NCBI GenBank assembly: GCA_963845535.1
Contig: CAWJSK010000004.1
Span: 96,001 to 160,000, forward strand
Direction of reading: 5' to 3'
Length of the DNA: 64,000 nt
Origin: an uncultured Spirochaetota bacterium
GTDB taxonomy: Bacteria; Spirochaetota; Spirochaetia; SZUA-6; Fen-1364
Positions 9,224-19,239 of this stretch are shown in pieces. Both the position numbers and the translations under genes were made by a program. Under the pieces are notes generated by a model that was given only the letters and a program-made list of their open reading frames with translations, was not told where the DNA came from and made no database searches. Within the stretch, counting starts at the first letter, position 1; each line of letters begins with the position of its first letter.

Positions 9224-10534
9224 CTAGTCTTCCTTTCCAAGGTAAAGCGATATGCCCATTTCCAAAAGCTCCCGCACAGGCCGGCAGTCGGGGGCGTTCA
9301 ACTTCCGGTCCCGGTTCTTGGCAACCGCGGCGCAACCTCCGCCGCAGGCGAGCTGAAGGGAGCAGTCCCGGCAGGCGGGGATGACGGTCACGTCCCGCTC
9401 CTGCCACTCTTCGATCAGCTCATCCCGCCTGTTGACAACCGGATAGAAGGTCCCCAGCTCCTCTCCGTCCTTGCCCACGGTGGCCGTGCAAGAGTAGATG
9501 CGGCCCGTGAAGTCGAACGCCCATTCCGTCTTGCACCCAGGACAAGAATCGAACAGCGGTTCGGGCAGCTCTCCGTTCTCCCAGAGGAACTTCGCCAGGG
9601 AGAACGCCGGCTTGTGGAGCTCCAGGATCTCGGGATGCGCCCCGACCATCTCGTACAGCTTCTCGTAGAGCTCGACGCGGCCATAGAGCCTGCTCGAATC
9701 TGCCTGGCACGTGTGCAGCTCGTAGTTTCGGCCAAGCTGCGTCTTGAAAAGCGGATTGGCCGTCCATCCCTGGTCCCGGGCAAAACGCGCAAGCTCGGGC
9801 AGACCCTCGATGTTCTCCCTGTCGAGCACGACGCGAAGATTGACGGGGATGCCGCGCCGCAGGGTCTCCTCGATGCCATGGACGATGGGTTGGAACGTGG
9901 GCAGGCCGCCTCGCAACGGCCGCCTGTGGTCATGGACGGCGCCTACTCCGTCCAGGGTGATCTGGATCTCGCGAATGGGGGCAACCTGCAGCGTGTCCAG
10001 GTAGTCGGAGAGGGTGTACCCATTGGTTACTACTGCCACTGCCAGGTTTCGCGCGGCTGCTCCCTGAAGAAACTTCCGGATGCTCTTCCGGGCGGCGTCC
10101 CCGGGCAAAAGTGGCTCTCCGCCGAAAAGTGTCAGGTACGCCGGACGGCCGGCAAACTCCTTTTCGACGTAAAGGAAAAACGCCTCGATGACGTCATCCC
10201 CCAGCGCGCCGGCATGGGGGGCGTATCCTTCCTGGTAGCAGTACGGACAGGCGAAGTTGCAGGAGTACCACGGAACGAAGAAAAGCTGCGTCTGTCCGCG
10301 ATCCCGGGAATCGAGGAAATCCAGGTATGCCGCGCGATATCTGCGGGTTTCCTCCCCAGGATCAACAAGATAGCCTTTTTGGGCCAGCTCCTGTGGATCA
10401 GAGAACGAGCCGGAGGTGATCTCCCGAGCTTTCTCAGGGCTGAGAAGGTCTGCGCTTCGGGAAAGCGGGTTGATGATGAAGGAACGCTCGGAACCCTTGA
10501 GCCTTCCCGTGATGTTGTGCTTCGACAGCACCAT
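9224..10534 (-). CDS. radical SAM/SPASM peptide maturase with N-terminal RRE-like domain
   Basis: CNFACPYC, FGGEPLL, VTNG, ITLDG; SPASM cysteines CPGC...YSC...CRDC...CGGGC...DC; ATG 10534 preferred to GTG 10570, which lies in a hairpin loop. Confidence 0.9.
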   Translation of the reverse strand: MVLSKHNITGRLKGSERSFIINPLSRSADLLSPEKAREITSGSFSDPQELAQKGYLVDPGEETRRYRAAYLDFLDSRDRGQTQLFFVPWYSCNFACPYCYQEGYAPHAGALGDDVIEAFFLYVEKEFAGRPAYLTLFGGEPLLPGDAARKSIRKFLQGAAARNLAVAVVTNGYTLSDYLDTLQVAPIREIQITLDGVGAVHDHRRPLRGGLPTFQPIVHGIEETLRRGIPVNLRVVLDRENIEGLPELARFARDQGWTANPLFKTQLGRNYELHTCQADSSRLYGRVELYEKLYEMVGAHPEILELHKPAFSLAKFLWENGELPEPLFDSCPGCKTEWAFDFTGRIYSCTATVGKDGEELGTFYPVVNRRDELIEEWQERDVTVIPACRDCSLQLACGGGCAAVAKNRDRKLNAPDCRPVRELLEMGISLYLGKED

Positions 10535-10550
10535 ATCTTTGCCTTTCAAG

Positions 10551-10585
10551 GCGGGCGCATCGGGGCTCACGCCCCGATGACCCGC
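10551..10585 (-). other. strong RNA hairpin between the peptide gene and the maturase
   Basis: Minus strand CATCGGGGC-GTGA-GCCCCGATG (9-bp perfect stem, GNRA loop), extended by GCGGG/CCCGC; no U-tract. Confidence 0.75.
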
Positions 10586-10594
10586 GAGCCGGCC

Positions 10595-10690
10595 TCAGTC
10601 GTGGCAGCCGGCAACGACCGTGGAGATCTTGGCGCAGCACTGGGCAACGCCTGCCTTGGCCGCCTTCTTCGGTCTGATGAGAGATTTCAT
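10595..10690 (-). CDS. putative RiPP precursor peptide, 31 aa: MKSLIRPKKAAKAGVAQCCAKISTVVAGCHD
   Basis: AGGAGGAGG RBS at 10705-10697, 6 nt before ATG; basic leader-like N-half and Cys-rich C-half; directly upstream of the rSAM/SPASM gene; below the ORF-track size cut-off. Confidence 0.85.
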   Translation of the reverse strand: MKSLIRPKKAAKAGVAQCCAKISTVVAGCHD

Positions 10691-10709
10691 GTCTCGCCTC
10701 CTCCTGGTG

Positions 10710-11372
10710 TTATTGACCGCAGCGGCATCCGCCGCGCGGTTTTGTGCCTGCAATCGTCAGGCTTACGACTTCTATCCCACGCTTTGCGTACGGCTCGCTC
10801 TCCTCCCGCACCTCCACGCCGTCGAAGCCAGCGCGCGCAAGCTGGCTGAAATACTCCTCACGCGTGACGGCCCCCGCCCAGCATTCCGCGACGGCCGCGG
10901 GGTCCTCCGCGTACTTCGCGGGGACTTCCTGCGTTGCATAAATGTCGCTCACCACGAACCTCCCGCCGGGCGCCAGGATGCGGTATATCTCATTCCACAC
11001 CGCCTGTTTGTCCGGCGCGTGGTTGATGGTGCAGTTGGAGATGACAAGGTCGACGCTGCCAGACTCAAGGGGAAGATGCTGCAGGTCCGCCTGGATGAAG
11101 CTGGCATTGGCAACCCCCAGCCTCTCGGCGCTCGCGCGCGCTTTCTTCAGCATGCCTTCGGATGCATCGATTCCATAGGCATGACCCTGATCACCAACCT
11201 CACCGGCCATGCGCAGGACGTCCCGCCCCTGCCCGCTTCCCAGGTCCACGCATACTTCACCCGCTTTTACCTTCCCGTAGCTCACCGCTCCGCCGCAAGA
11301 CAGGCAGCACGTCTCTTGAGAAAGAGCGCTATAGCGGGCATTCACCGCTTCAATTATCCCCGAGTCCTTCAC
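10710..11372 (-). CDS. ArsM-like (arsenite methyltransferase-like) SAM-dependent methyltransferase
   Basis: CCLSCGG, VDLGSGQGRD, VISNCTIN, LAPGGRFVVSD, ECWAGA, C-terminal GCRCG; GTG 11372 follows AAGGAGG. Confidence 0.8.
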   Translation of the reverse strand: MKDSGIIEAVNARYSALSQETCCLSCGGAVSYGKVKAGEVCVDLGSGQGRDVLRMAGEVGDQGHAYGIDASEGMLKKARASAERLGVANASFIQADLQHLPLESGSVDLVISNCTINHAPDKQAVWNEIYRILAPGGRFVVSDIYATQEVPAKYAEDPAAVAECWAGAVTREEYFSQLARAGFDGVEVREESEPYAKRGIEVVSLTIAGTKPRGGCRCGQ

Positions 11373-11799
11373 GGGTCCCTCCTTGAAATGCAATGCTCAG
11401 CGTGGCCAGCCCATCGCGGACCGCCCGAAGCTGCTCGCGATTAAAAGCGGCCAGAAGGCGCTTCTCGCATTCGTCCTTTTTCAGCTCGATCTTCCGAAGC
11501 AGCTTTTCCCCGGCCGGGGTGAGGGATATCGAGACCGCCCGCCTGTCCGCTTCATCGAAGGTCTCTCCGACCATCCCCTTTGTCCGCAGTGCCGTGATGA
11601 GCCGGCTGGCCCGGGAAGGAGACAAGCCGATACGCCCGGCAAGCCCGCCCGCTGAAATGTTCTCCCCGGGAGAAAGAGCGCTCAGGCAGCTCACCTCGCG
11701 TGGAGCGAGGCCGCATTCCTCCCCGATCTCCTCCTCGAAACGGCAGCGCAGCTTCAACTCCATGATGTAGTCGATGAAACGCCTGTCGGCTTCCGCCAT
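11350..11799 (-). CDS. MarR-family regulator with four Cys
   Basis: wHTH LAGRIGLSPSRASRLITAL and DRRAVSISLTPAG; ATG 11799 after AAGGAG. Confidence 0.85.
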   Translation of the reverse strand: MAEADRRFIDYIMELKLRCRFEEEIGEECGLAPREVSCLSALSPGENISAGGLAGRIGLSPSRASRLITALRTKGMVGETFDEADRRAVSISLTPAGEKLLRKIELKKDECEKRLLAAFNREQLRAVRDGLATLSIAFQGGTREGLGDN

Positions 11800-11832
11800 C
11801 GATCGTCGCTCCTTGTTTGCGTCTGTCAATAT

Positions 11833-11864
11833 TTGCTTATAGCAATTAATATCCCTTCTGTCAA
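11833..11864 (-). promoter_or_regulatory. sigma70 promoter TTGACA-17-TATAAG with overlapping inverted-repeat operator TTGCT-N3-AGCAA
   Basis: -35 at 11864-11859, -10 at 11841-11836, palindrome 11833-11845, in an AT-rich island. Confidence 0.75.
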
Positions 11865-12004
11865 GGCTCTCTTGCTTCCGGATGAACGCTCGGTTTTCCG
11901 GCGAGCAGGAGCTCAGCGGTACCTGCTACCTGGTGGCATTTTCCATCGGGTTAGGCTTCTGAAGCGTATGGCGGCGGGAGTCCGTGGGCGCTCTCAGAGC
12001 TTGC

Positions 12005-12973
12005 CTATTCCATGGCTTCCCGCGCGGAGAGCAACGTCTCGATCTCCGCAATCTCGTCCTTCGTGAGGTCCCAGTCCGCCGCGCCCACGACCTCCCCGAC
12101 CTGCTCGGGCCGCCTGCCGCCCACGATCGCGGCCGTCACCTCGGGCCGACGAAGCACCCAGGCAATGGCCAGCTCCGCCATGCTGCGGTCGTGACGGCGC
12201 GCAATCGGCTTGAGCTTGTCCACGAGGGCGAGGTTGCGGCTCAGCGCCGGCTCGGTGAAATAGGGATTCCGGGACCGTTGGTCATCCGCAGCAAGATGAG
12301 TGACTCGTTCGCGGTTGAACGCTCCGCTCAGGAGCCCCATCTGCATGGGGCTGTACACGATGACGCCAATGCCATTCTGGGCGCAGAACGGAAGGAGCTC
12401 CCTCTCGGTCTCCCTGCGAAGCATGCTGTACGGGGGCTGGAGAGAGGTGACGGGGTGAATGGCGTGGATTCGCCGAAGCTGCTCCACGGAGAAGTTGGAG
12501 ACCCCCGCGTACCGGACCTTGCCTTCCTTCACGGCTTTCCCGATCTCGGCCCATCCCTCTTCGATCTGGGGCTCGGGCCGCGGCCAATGGACCTGGTACA
12601 GGTCGATGTAGTCGGTGGCGAGCCGGCGCAGGCTGTCCTCCAGCTCCTTTCGCACGCTGGCCGCCGACAACCTGTCCACGATCTCCTTGCTGCCGGGGTC
12701 CCATGCGCGGGCGCACTTGGTGGCGATCATGACCTTCGACCTGCGCCCCGCCAGCGCTTTCCCGACAACCTCCTCCGAATGACCCAGACCGTACACGGCC
12801 GCCGTGTCGATCCAATTGATCCCCAGCTCCAGCGCCCTGTGGACCGTCGCAATGGAATCCTCGTCATCCTGGGCCCCCCAGGCGTACTGCCAGCCGGCGC
12901 CGCCGATGGCCCACGTGCCCAGCCCAATGACGGTGATCTCAGGCCCTCGGCTTCCCAGCTTTCTCTTTCTCAT
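12005..12973 (-). CDS. aldo/keto reductase
   Basis: IGLGTWAIGG, WIDTAAVYG, IATK, IDLYQVHWP, GVSNF, YSPM. Confidence 0.9.
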   Translation of the reverse strand: MRKRKLGSRGPEITVIGLGTWAIGGAGWQYAWGAQDDEDSIATVHRALELGINWIDTAAVYGLGHSEEVVGKALAGRRSKVMIATKCARAWDPGSKEIVDRLSAASVRKELEDSLRRLATDYIDLYQVHWPRPEPQIEEGWAEIGKAVKEGKVRYAGVSNFSVEQLRRIHAIHPVTSLQPPYSMLRRETERELLPFCAQNGIGVIVYSPMQMGLLSGAFNRERVTHLAADDQRSRNPYFTEPALSRNLALVDKLKPIARRHDRSMAELAIAWVLRRPEVTAAIVGGRRPEQVGEVVGAADWDLTKDEIAEIETLLSAREAME

Positions 12974-13974
12974 GACTTTCCCTCCTGTGACCCTACGCGG
13001 ATGCTCACCCCGGTATCCGCGGCTTCCCGCGTTCGGAGGCTCAGCTCGCACACCGTGAAAGCCTCCTCCGCGCTCATGCGCAGGGGCGCGCCCGTCTCGA
13101 TGTGGCGTATGAACTCCTGGAAGATCGACACCGGTTCATCCAGCGGGAGCTTCCGCGGCGCCGCGGCGTCCGTGCACAGCGTGACCCCGGCTTCGGAGAT
13201 CTCCACGACGCCCTTTTCCCCGGCAACGCGCAGCCTGTCCTCACCGTGGGTCGGGGCTGACCGGGGCCGAAAGTAATCGAAACTGATGATCCCGGCCCCG
13301 GAGTTGGAGAGACGGAACAGACAGGCGCCGGAGCTTTCAAGCTCCCCGTGTCCCCGGTTGCCCAGGGTGGTGTGGCGCGCGGCAACCTCCACGATCTTCC
13401 CGCCGCTGAACCACTGGATCCAGTCTATTGCCTGGATGACCACCCAGGGAATGGTCCCCCCATAGGTGGCGCGGTGGGTGTACATGGCGTGCCGGGCGCC
13501 GAGCTTGAACGATTTCTGGGCCGTTATCAGGAGCGGCTCGCCAATGAAGCCGTCCCTCACGGCCCGCCATGCCGAAGAGAACTGGGGACGGTAGCGGGAG
13601 TCGAGCATCGGGCAGAGAGCGACCTTCGCCTGGGCATGCGCTCGGCGCAGCCTCTCGAGCTGCTCGAGGGAAACCGCCATGGGCTTTTCGACAAAGACGT
13701 GGATTCCGCGCGCCATGCAATCACAGGCCACAGCGGACTGCAGGAAGAAGAAGGGGGCAACCACGGCGACCTGGGGCTTTTCACGGTCCAGCATGCGGCG
13801 GTAATCATCGTAGAAGGGGATGAGGGATTCCTCCAGCCTGTCGACGAAAAAATCCCTGGCGTCTTCATCCGCAGATCCGGGGGCAATTCCAACAAAGCTC
13901 ACCTGGGGCAGCCTGTCCCGGACTTCCAGGGCAAGATCGATGTGGCCGCTCGTGCCAATGATGACCGCCTTCAC
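12970..13974 (-). CDS. Gfo/Idh/MocA-family oxidoreductase
   Basis: N-terminal Rossmann start VKAVIIGTSGH, HVFVEKPMA. Confidence 0.85.
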   Translation of the reverse strand: MKAVIIGTSGHIDLALEVRDRLPQVSFVGIAPGSADEDARDFFVDRLEESLIPFYDDYRRMLDREKPQVAVVAPFFFLQSAVACDCMARGIHVFVEKPMAVSLEQLERLRRAHAQAKVALCPMLDSRYRPQFSSAWRAVRDGFIGEPLLITAQKSFKLGARHAMYTHRATYGGTIPWVVIQAIDWIQWFSGGKIVEVAARHTTLGNRGHGELESSGACLFRLSNSGAGIISFDYFRPRSAPTHGEDRLRVAGEKGVVEISEAGVTLCTDAAAPRKLPLDEPVSIFQEFIRHIETGAPLRMSAEEAFTVCELSLRTREAADTGVSIRVGSQEGKS

Positions 13975-14160
13975 GAGCCGCCTCCGTGTGCCGCCATCCC
14001 TGCCGCAGTAGGCATGTCGAGGAGTGTACCAAGTCTTTGGTGGTCGCTCCATAGAGAAAATGCCTTTCTATGGCATACTGATGAGCCCCGGTCTGCCGAC
14101 CGGCCGTCGGAATGTTCCACAAGAAAAATCGACTTAAGCTTCACAGGGAAGAGGGCTGGC

Positions 14161-16992
14161 ATGGAAGAGCAATCGTTCGAAGCCCGTGTCGCGGCGCTCG
14201 CGGACGCACTGAGGCGCGCCTCACCCCGGGAATCCTCGACGGGCATCGCTCGAACGGGAAAGGGAGATCCGTTGGATCTCCTTGCGGAGGCGATTGAGGA
14301 CTTCCTCAGGCGTTCGCAGGAGAGCGTCAGGGCGTTCCAGACCGCGCAGGAAGCCCTGCTCAAACCGCAGAGCTCGGGGGAACCAGTTGTGCGGATGCAA
14401 GCCCTCATGGAGGCCCTCGAGGAAAACATACCCGACACCATTTACTTTAAGGATACCGAGGGCCGCTTCATTCACGTCAGCAAGGCCCATCTGCGGGCGT
14501 TCAAGCTCACCGACAAGAAATCGGCAATCGGCCGGACGGATTTCGATTTGTTCACGGAGGAGCACGCGCGGGCGGCGTTCGAAGACGAGCAGCGGATCAT
14601 GCGCACCGGCGAGCCCATCATCAACAAAGAGGAAAAAGAGACGTGGCTGAACCATCCCCCCACGTGGGCCCTGACGACGAAAATGCCCCTGCGCGACCCG
14701 CAGGGGAACGTCATTGGGACGTTCGGCATCTCCCACGACATCACGGAGCGCAAGCAGGCGGAAGAAGCACTGCGCAAGAGCGAGGAACGCTACCGCCTGC
14801 TTTTCAACAGCATCAACGACGCGGCGTTCGTGCACGAGATTACCCCTGACGGGTTGGCCACGCGGATCACCGAAATGAACGACATCGCGTGCCAGTGGCT
14901 TGGCTACTCCCGCGACGAGCTTCTCCACATGGGGTTCCGCCAGGTCATCCCGCCGGAGACAGCGCTCATCGCCCAAGAAATGCTCATCCGATTGAAATCG
15001 CACAAGCACTCTGTGTGGGAAGGCGCCCTCCTCAGCAAAGCGGGCCTGCGGATCCCCGTGGAAATCAGCAACCACCTTTTCGAAATGGACGGAAAGCCCA
15101 CCATTCTTTCCACCATCAGGGACATCACCAGCCGCAAGAAGCTCGAAGAGAACCTGGAAAGGGAGAAGGCGCTGCTCCTGACCCTGATCGACAGTGTGCC
15201 TGATTACATCTCGATCAAGGACACGCAGAGTCGCGTCCTGGTCACGAACACGGCAAATGCCCGTGTCATGGGCCTGGAAAGCACTACGGAGGCCATCGGG
15301 AAGTCCGACCTGGACTTCTACCCCGGTCCCGAGGCGGCGCAGTACATGGCGGACGAGCGGATGATATTGCAGACGGGAGCGGCCCTGTTCAACAAGGAAG
15401 AGCTGTCGTCGGACAGGAAAGGCCACGCACGCTGGACGCTGACCACGAAGGTCCCCCTTCGGGACGCGCAGGGGAAGGTGATTGGAGTGGTCTGTGCGGG
15501 TCGGGACATCACTGAGCGCAAGCAGACGGAGCAGCGCATCCAGGACCTTGCCCGTTTCCCCGATGAAAATCCGAACCCCGTCATGCGCGTGTCCCTCGAC
15601 GGGTCCATCCTGTACGCGAATCCTTCAGCTCGGTCTCTCCTGTCATCGTGGGCAGGGCGGCCGGGCGGGCCAATGCCCCCTGAGTCCGTGCGGGAGCTGC
15701 GGGGGGCCTGGGCATCCGGTGAAAAACGCGTCGTCGAAGCGCATGAAGGAAAAAACGTCTTCCTCTTGACCATCACGCCCATAGGGATCCGCGGATACAT
15801 CAATATCTACGGAAGGGACGTCACGGAGGAAAGATCGCTGGCGGAGAAGTTCCTCCAGTCGCAAAAGATGGAAGCCGTCGGCCGTCTTGCCGGCGGAATT
15901 GCCCACGACTTCAACAACCTCCTCACCGTCATTGGAGGCTATTGCGACCTTCTGCTGGAAGAGCTGACCGCGGGAAGCAGGGTGAAGGCCCAGGTGGATG
16001 AGATCGCCAGGGCGGCAAAGCAGGCGGCAACGCTCACGAGACAGCTTCTGGCGTTCAGCAGGAAACAGTTCCTCGTGCCCCAGGTGGTCAGCGCGAACGA
16101 GCTGCTGAAAGCCGTTGAAAACATCCTCGCCCGCCTGGTGGGTGAAGATATCGAGCTGAGGACGTTCCTCCACCCCGAGGCGGGCAACATAACAGTGGAC
16201 CCCGGACAGATCGAGCAGGTGCTGATGAACCTCGTCGTGAACGCGCGGGACGCAATGCCCGAGGGCGGCAAGCTCACCATCGAAACCTCCCATCGAGTCC
16301 TGGATGGCGGCTATGCGGCGGAGCACCCGGGCGTGAAGCCGGGCGAGTACGTGCGGATTGCCGTCAGCGACACCGGTCACGGGATGGACCGGGAGGTCCT
16401 TGCCCACATCTTCGAGCCGTTCTTCACCACGAAGGAACAAGGCAAAGGGACCGGGCTCGGGCTTTCCACGGTCTATGGGATCGTCAAGCAAAGCGGCGGC
16501 TCCATCACCTGCTACAGCGAGCCGGACAAGGGAACCACCTTCACGATTTACCTTCCGCGCGCCACTCAGGCAAGCGTGCAGGTCAGCCCCGGCGCCGCGC
16601 CGACCACCGATGTGCGAGGCACGGAGATGGTCCTCCTCGTGGAGGACGAGGAGTCGGTGCGGCATTTCATGAAGACGGTGCTGGAGAACAACGGCTACAC
16701 GGTCATCGCGGCCTCCGGTGGCAGGGAAGCCCAGGCGGCCATCGAGTCCCGCAAATGCAACGTCAGCCTCGTGGTGACGGACGTGGTGATGCCCCAGATG
16801 AACGGCAAAGAGCTTGCCGAGAAGCTCCGGGTGAGATGCCCGAGGGTGAAAGCCCTGTTCATCTCGGGGTACACGGGAAACGCAATTGAGCACCATGGCC
16901 TGCTCGAGCCGGGCATCGACTTCATGCAGAAGCCGTTCACCTCACAGGAGTTCCTGGGGAAGGTCCGCGAAATCCTGAACAGGCCGCGCTGA
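14161..16992 (+). CDS. cytoplasmic multi-PAS hybrid sensor histidine kinase/receiver
   Basis: Repeated PAS/PAC (HDITERK, RDITERK), [26 protein letters not shown]-terminal REC (LVEDE, TDVVMP, QKPF). Confidence 0.9.
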   Translation: MEEQSFEARVAALADALRRASPRESSTGIARTGKGDPLDLLAEAIEDFLRRSQESVRAFQTAQEALLKPQSSGEPVVRMQALMEALEENIPDTIYFKDTEGRFIHVSKAHLRAFKLTDKKSAIGRTDFDLFTEEHARAAFEDEQRIMRTGEPIINKEEKETWLNHPPTWALTTKMPLRDPQGNVIGTFGISHDITERKQAEEALRKSEERYRLLFNSINDAAFVHEITPDGLATRITEMNDIACQWLGYSRDELLHMGFRQVIPPETALIAQEMLIRLKSHKHSVWEGALLSKAGLRIPVEISNHLFEMDGKPTILSTIRDITSRKKLEENLEREKALLLTLIDSVPDYISIKDTQSRVLVTNTANARVMGLESTTEAIGKSDLDFYPGPEAAQYMADERMILQTGAALFNKEELSSDRKGHARWTLTTKVPLRDAQGKVIGVVCAGRDITERKQTEQRIQDLARFPDENPNPVMRVSLDGSILYANPSARSLLSSWAGRPGGPMPPESVRELRGAWASGEKRVVEAHEGKNVFLLTITPIGIRGYINIYGRDVTEERSLAEKFLQSQKMEAVGRLAGGIAHDFNNLLTVIGGYCDLLLEELTAGSRVKAQVDEIARAAKQAATLTRQLLAFSRKQFLVPQVVSANELLKAVENILARLVGEDIELRTFLHPEAGNITVDPGQIEQVLMNLVVNARDAMPEGGKLTIETSHRVLDGGYAAEHPGVKPGEYVRIAVSDTGHGMDREVLAHIFEPFFTTKEQGKGTGLGLSTVYGIVKQSGGSITCYSEPDKGTTFTIYLPRATQASVQVSPGAAPTTDVRGTEMVLLVEDEESVRHFMKTVLENNGYTVIAASGGREAQAAIESRKCNVSLVVTDVVMPQMNGKELAEKLRVRCPRVKALFISGYTGNAIEHHGLLEPGIDFMQKPFTSQEFLGKVREILNRPR

Positions 16993-19095
16993 GGGTGGGT
17001 CTGTCTCCCCGGTCACCAGGCCGGCGTTCTTCTCAGCTATCTTGAACTGCACCACCAGCCGCCGCAGGTCCTGGGCCATCCCCAGGAGGCGCTCCGTTGA
17101 CGCGGACATCTGCTCAGCCCCCGAGGCCGTGCTCTGCGTCACCTCATTGATCCCTTCAATGGTCTGCGACATCTGGCGCGCATTCGTGGTCTGTTCCTCC
17201 GTGGATGCGGATATGTTCTGGCTCATCTCGGCGACGTTCGAGAGCGACTTCGCCAGCTCCTTGATGGCTCCCACCTGTGTCCCCATCGACTCGGTGACCT
17301 TCGCGATCATCGCGTTGACCCTTTGGGAAGCGTCGCGGATCTGCTGCATGGCCTTCTCCGAGCTCTGCGCCGTCTCGACCCCCTTGGTGACGTTCCTGAT
17401 GCTTTCCTTGATCAGAGAATCGATCTCCCGCGTGGAGGAAGAGCTCCTGTCAGCCAGCTTGCTCACTTCCGCGGCCACGACGGCGAACCCTCGTCCGTGC
17501 TCTCCTGCGCGGGCAGCCTCGATGGAAGCGTTGAGCGCGAGGAGGTTCGTCTGGTCAGCGATGTCGGAGATCACCGTGAGGATTCCCGCGATCCTTTCCG
17601 AACCCCGGGCAATGGTGTTGATGCCTTCCACGACGGACTGGACCGCCAGCGAGCCGGCGGCGGCGCTTTCTACGGATTCTTTTGCAAGCGCCGATATCTC
17701 CTCAAGGCTCGTCGAGACCACCTCCACGGTGCCAAGGGCCTGGTTCATCGAGCTTGCCCCCTGCTCTGCGGCCGCGGCCTGGGATTGCGCGTGCTCGGCC
17801 ACCTGTTCGACTGATGCGGACAGCTCTTCCATGGATGCGCTTGTCTTCTCGATGTTCGAGGCCTGGCTCTGGGCCCCCTCCGAAAGCTTCAGGGCGCTGC
17901 CTGAGATTTGCGAGCTGGAAGCAGCAAGCTCCTCGGCGTCCTGCTGGACAACGGCGACCATCTGGGAAAGCTTCACCGACATCCCGTTCAGGGCTTCGGC
18001 GAGCTCCCCGACTTCGTTGCGTCCCCTGATGGGCAATTGACGGGTGAAATCCCCCGACGCCACTGTCTGGGCAAAAGCCACTGCCTTGGACAAGGGCACG
18101 GTGATGGAACGGGCGAACAGCAGGTACAGCACGAAGGAAAGGACGAGGGCAGCGGCGGCAACCACGATCAGGATGAGCTGGATGTCGCTGATGGGGGCAA
18201 GGTACTCGCTGGTGGGAAGTGTGAGGATGACGATCCAGCTGGTTTCATTCACGGAGGCAAACGCGGCTTCCCGGGGCACCTTCTTGAAGACGTAGTGGGA
18301 AACGCCGCTCTTCACCTTTCCAATGTCATTCGCGAGGTCTCCTTCCGTCTCGAGGATGTTCATGTTCATGATGAGATCGGGATCCACGTGCGCAATGATC
18401 ATCCCCGCGCTGTCCACCACGGCCACGTAGCCGGTCCGCCCGACACGATCTCCGGCAACGATGTTCCCGAGGAAATCGATGCGCAACGTGAGAACAACGG
18501 CGCCCACGATATTCGCGCCCACATGGATCGGAACGGCGATAGGAGTCACCGGCTTGCCGGTGAGCTTGCTGAGAACGACGGATCCCATGCTCGTCCGGCC
18601 TGCCATGGCTTCCTTAAAATATCCCGTAGAGCCGATGTTCGCTTCCGAAGCGCCTGGGCCCTCGGAAGACAGCAGGTTGCCGCGGCTGTCGGCCAGGCTG
18701 ATGGATTCATAGGCGCCATCAAGCTGCTTGACGCCCTCCAGCAGGGACAGCGCCTCGGCGGCCGGCGGAGTTTCGGGCCTGGCTTGCCCCTTGCCCGCGC
18801 GGCCCGCTCCCGTGCCGGCTGCGGCCGTGGGGCCCTGGTTTCCGCTTGCGGCCGCCGCCGCGACGATCACCGGGTTGTTCGCGAGGCTGAGGGCGAGCTT
18901 CAATTCCTCGGAATACATCCCGTCAATGGTCCTGGAGATTTCCTGCGCCCGGCTGACAAGCTGTTGATCGTTCAACGACTCAAGGGCCAGGCTCGCGCGG
19001 TTCTCGACGATGATCGCCACGACAATCAGAGGGATTGCAATGATGAGCGTTCCGACGAGGATCAGCTTCCCGCCGATTTTCATGTTCTTGAGCAT
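16942..19095 (-). CDS. methyl-accepting chemotaxis protein (Cache-HAMP-MA)
   Basis: Two TM segments, [34 protein letters not shown]. Confidence 0.93.
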   Translation of the reverse strand: MLKNMKIGGKLILVGTLIIAIPLIVVAIIVENRASLALESLNDQQLVSRAQEISRTIDGMYSEELKLALSLANNPVIVAAAAASGNQGPTAAAGTGAGRAGKGQARPETPPAAEALSLLEGVKQLDGAYESISLADSRGNLLSSEGPGASEANIGSTGYFKEAMAGRTSMGSVVLSKLTGKPVTPIAVPIHVGANIVGAVVLTLRIDFLGNIVAGDRVGRTGYVAVVDSAGMIIAHVDPDLIMNMNILETEGDLANDIGKVKSGVSHYVFKKVPREAAFASVNETSWIVILTLPTSEYLAPISDIQLILIVVAAAALVLSFVLYLLFARSITVPLSKAVAFAQTVASGDFTRQLPIRGRNEVGELAEALNGMSVKLSQMVAVVQQDAEELAASSSQISGSALKLSEGAQSQASNIEKTSASMEELSASVEQVAEHAQSQAAAAEQGASSMNQALGTVEVVSTSLEEISALAKESVESAAAGSLAVQSVVEGINTIARGSERIAGILTVISDIADQTNLLALNASIEAARAGEHGRGFAVVAAEVSKLADRSSSSTREIDSLIKESIRNVTKGVETAQSSEKAMQQIRDASQRVNAMIAKVTESMGTQVGAIKELAKSLSNVAEMSQNISASTEEQTTNARQMSQTIEGINEVTQSTASGAEQMSASTERLLGMAQDLRRLVVQFKIAEKNAGLVTGETDPPSARPVQDFADLPQELL

Positions 19096-19239
19096 GCTTC
19101 ACCTCCAGACCCGGGTTTCAAACCAACTATTGGTGATGAGCGACGGCCTAAGATCAGGACGAGATCTCATCATAACACATTATTAACATAATCGGGAGCC
19201 TTCCCTTCGAGCTCCAAATGCAATACTCTGGCGCGCAGC

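Noticed and set aside
14060..14112. CTGATGAG flanked by two hairpins, resembling a hammerhead ribozyme core
   Set aside because: No GAAA after the second stem and no NUH cleavage triplet or stem III
13348..14160. N-terminal extension of the hybrid kinase ORF
   Set aside because: Antisense to the Gfo/Idh/MocA gene; ATG 14161 with a purine-rich RBS is the plausible start
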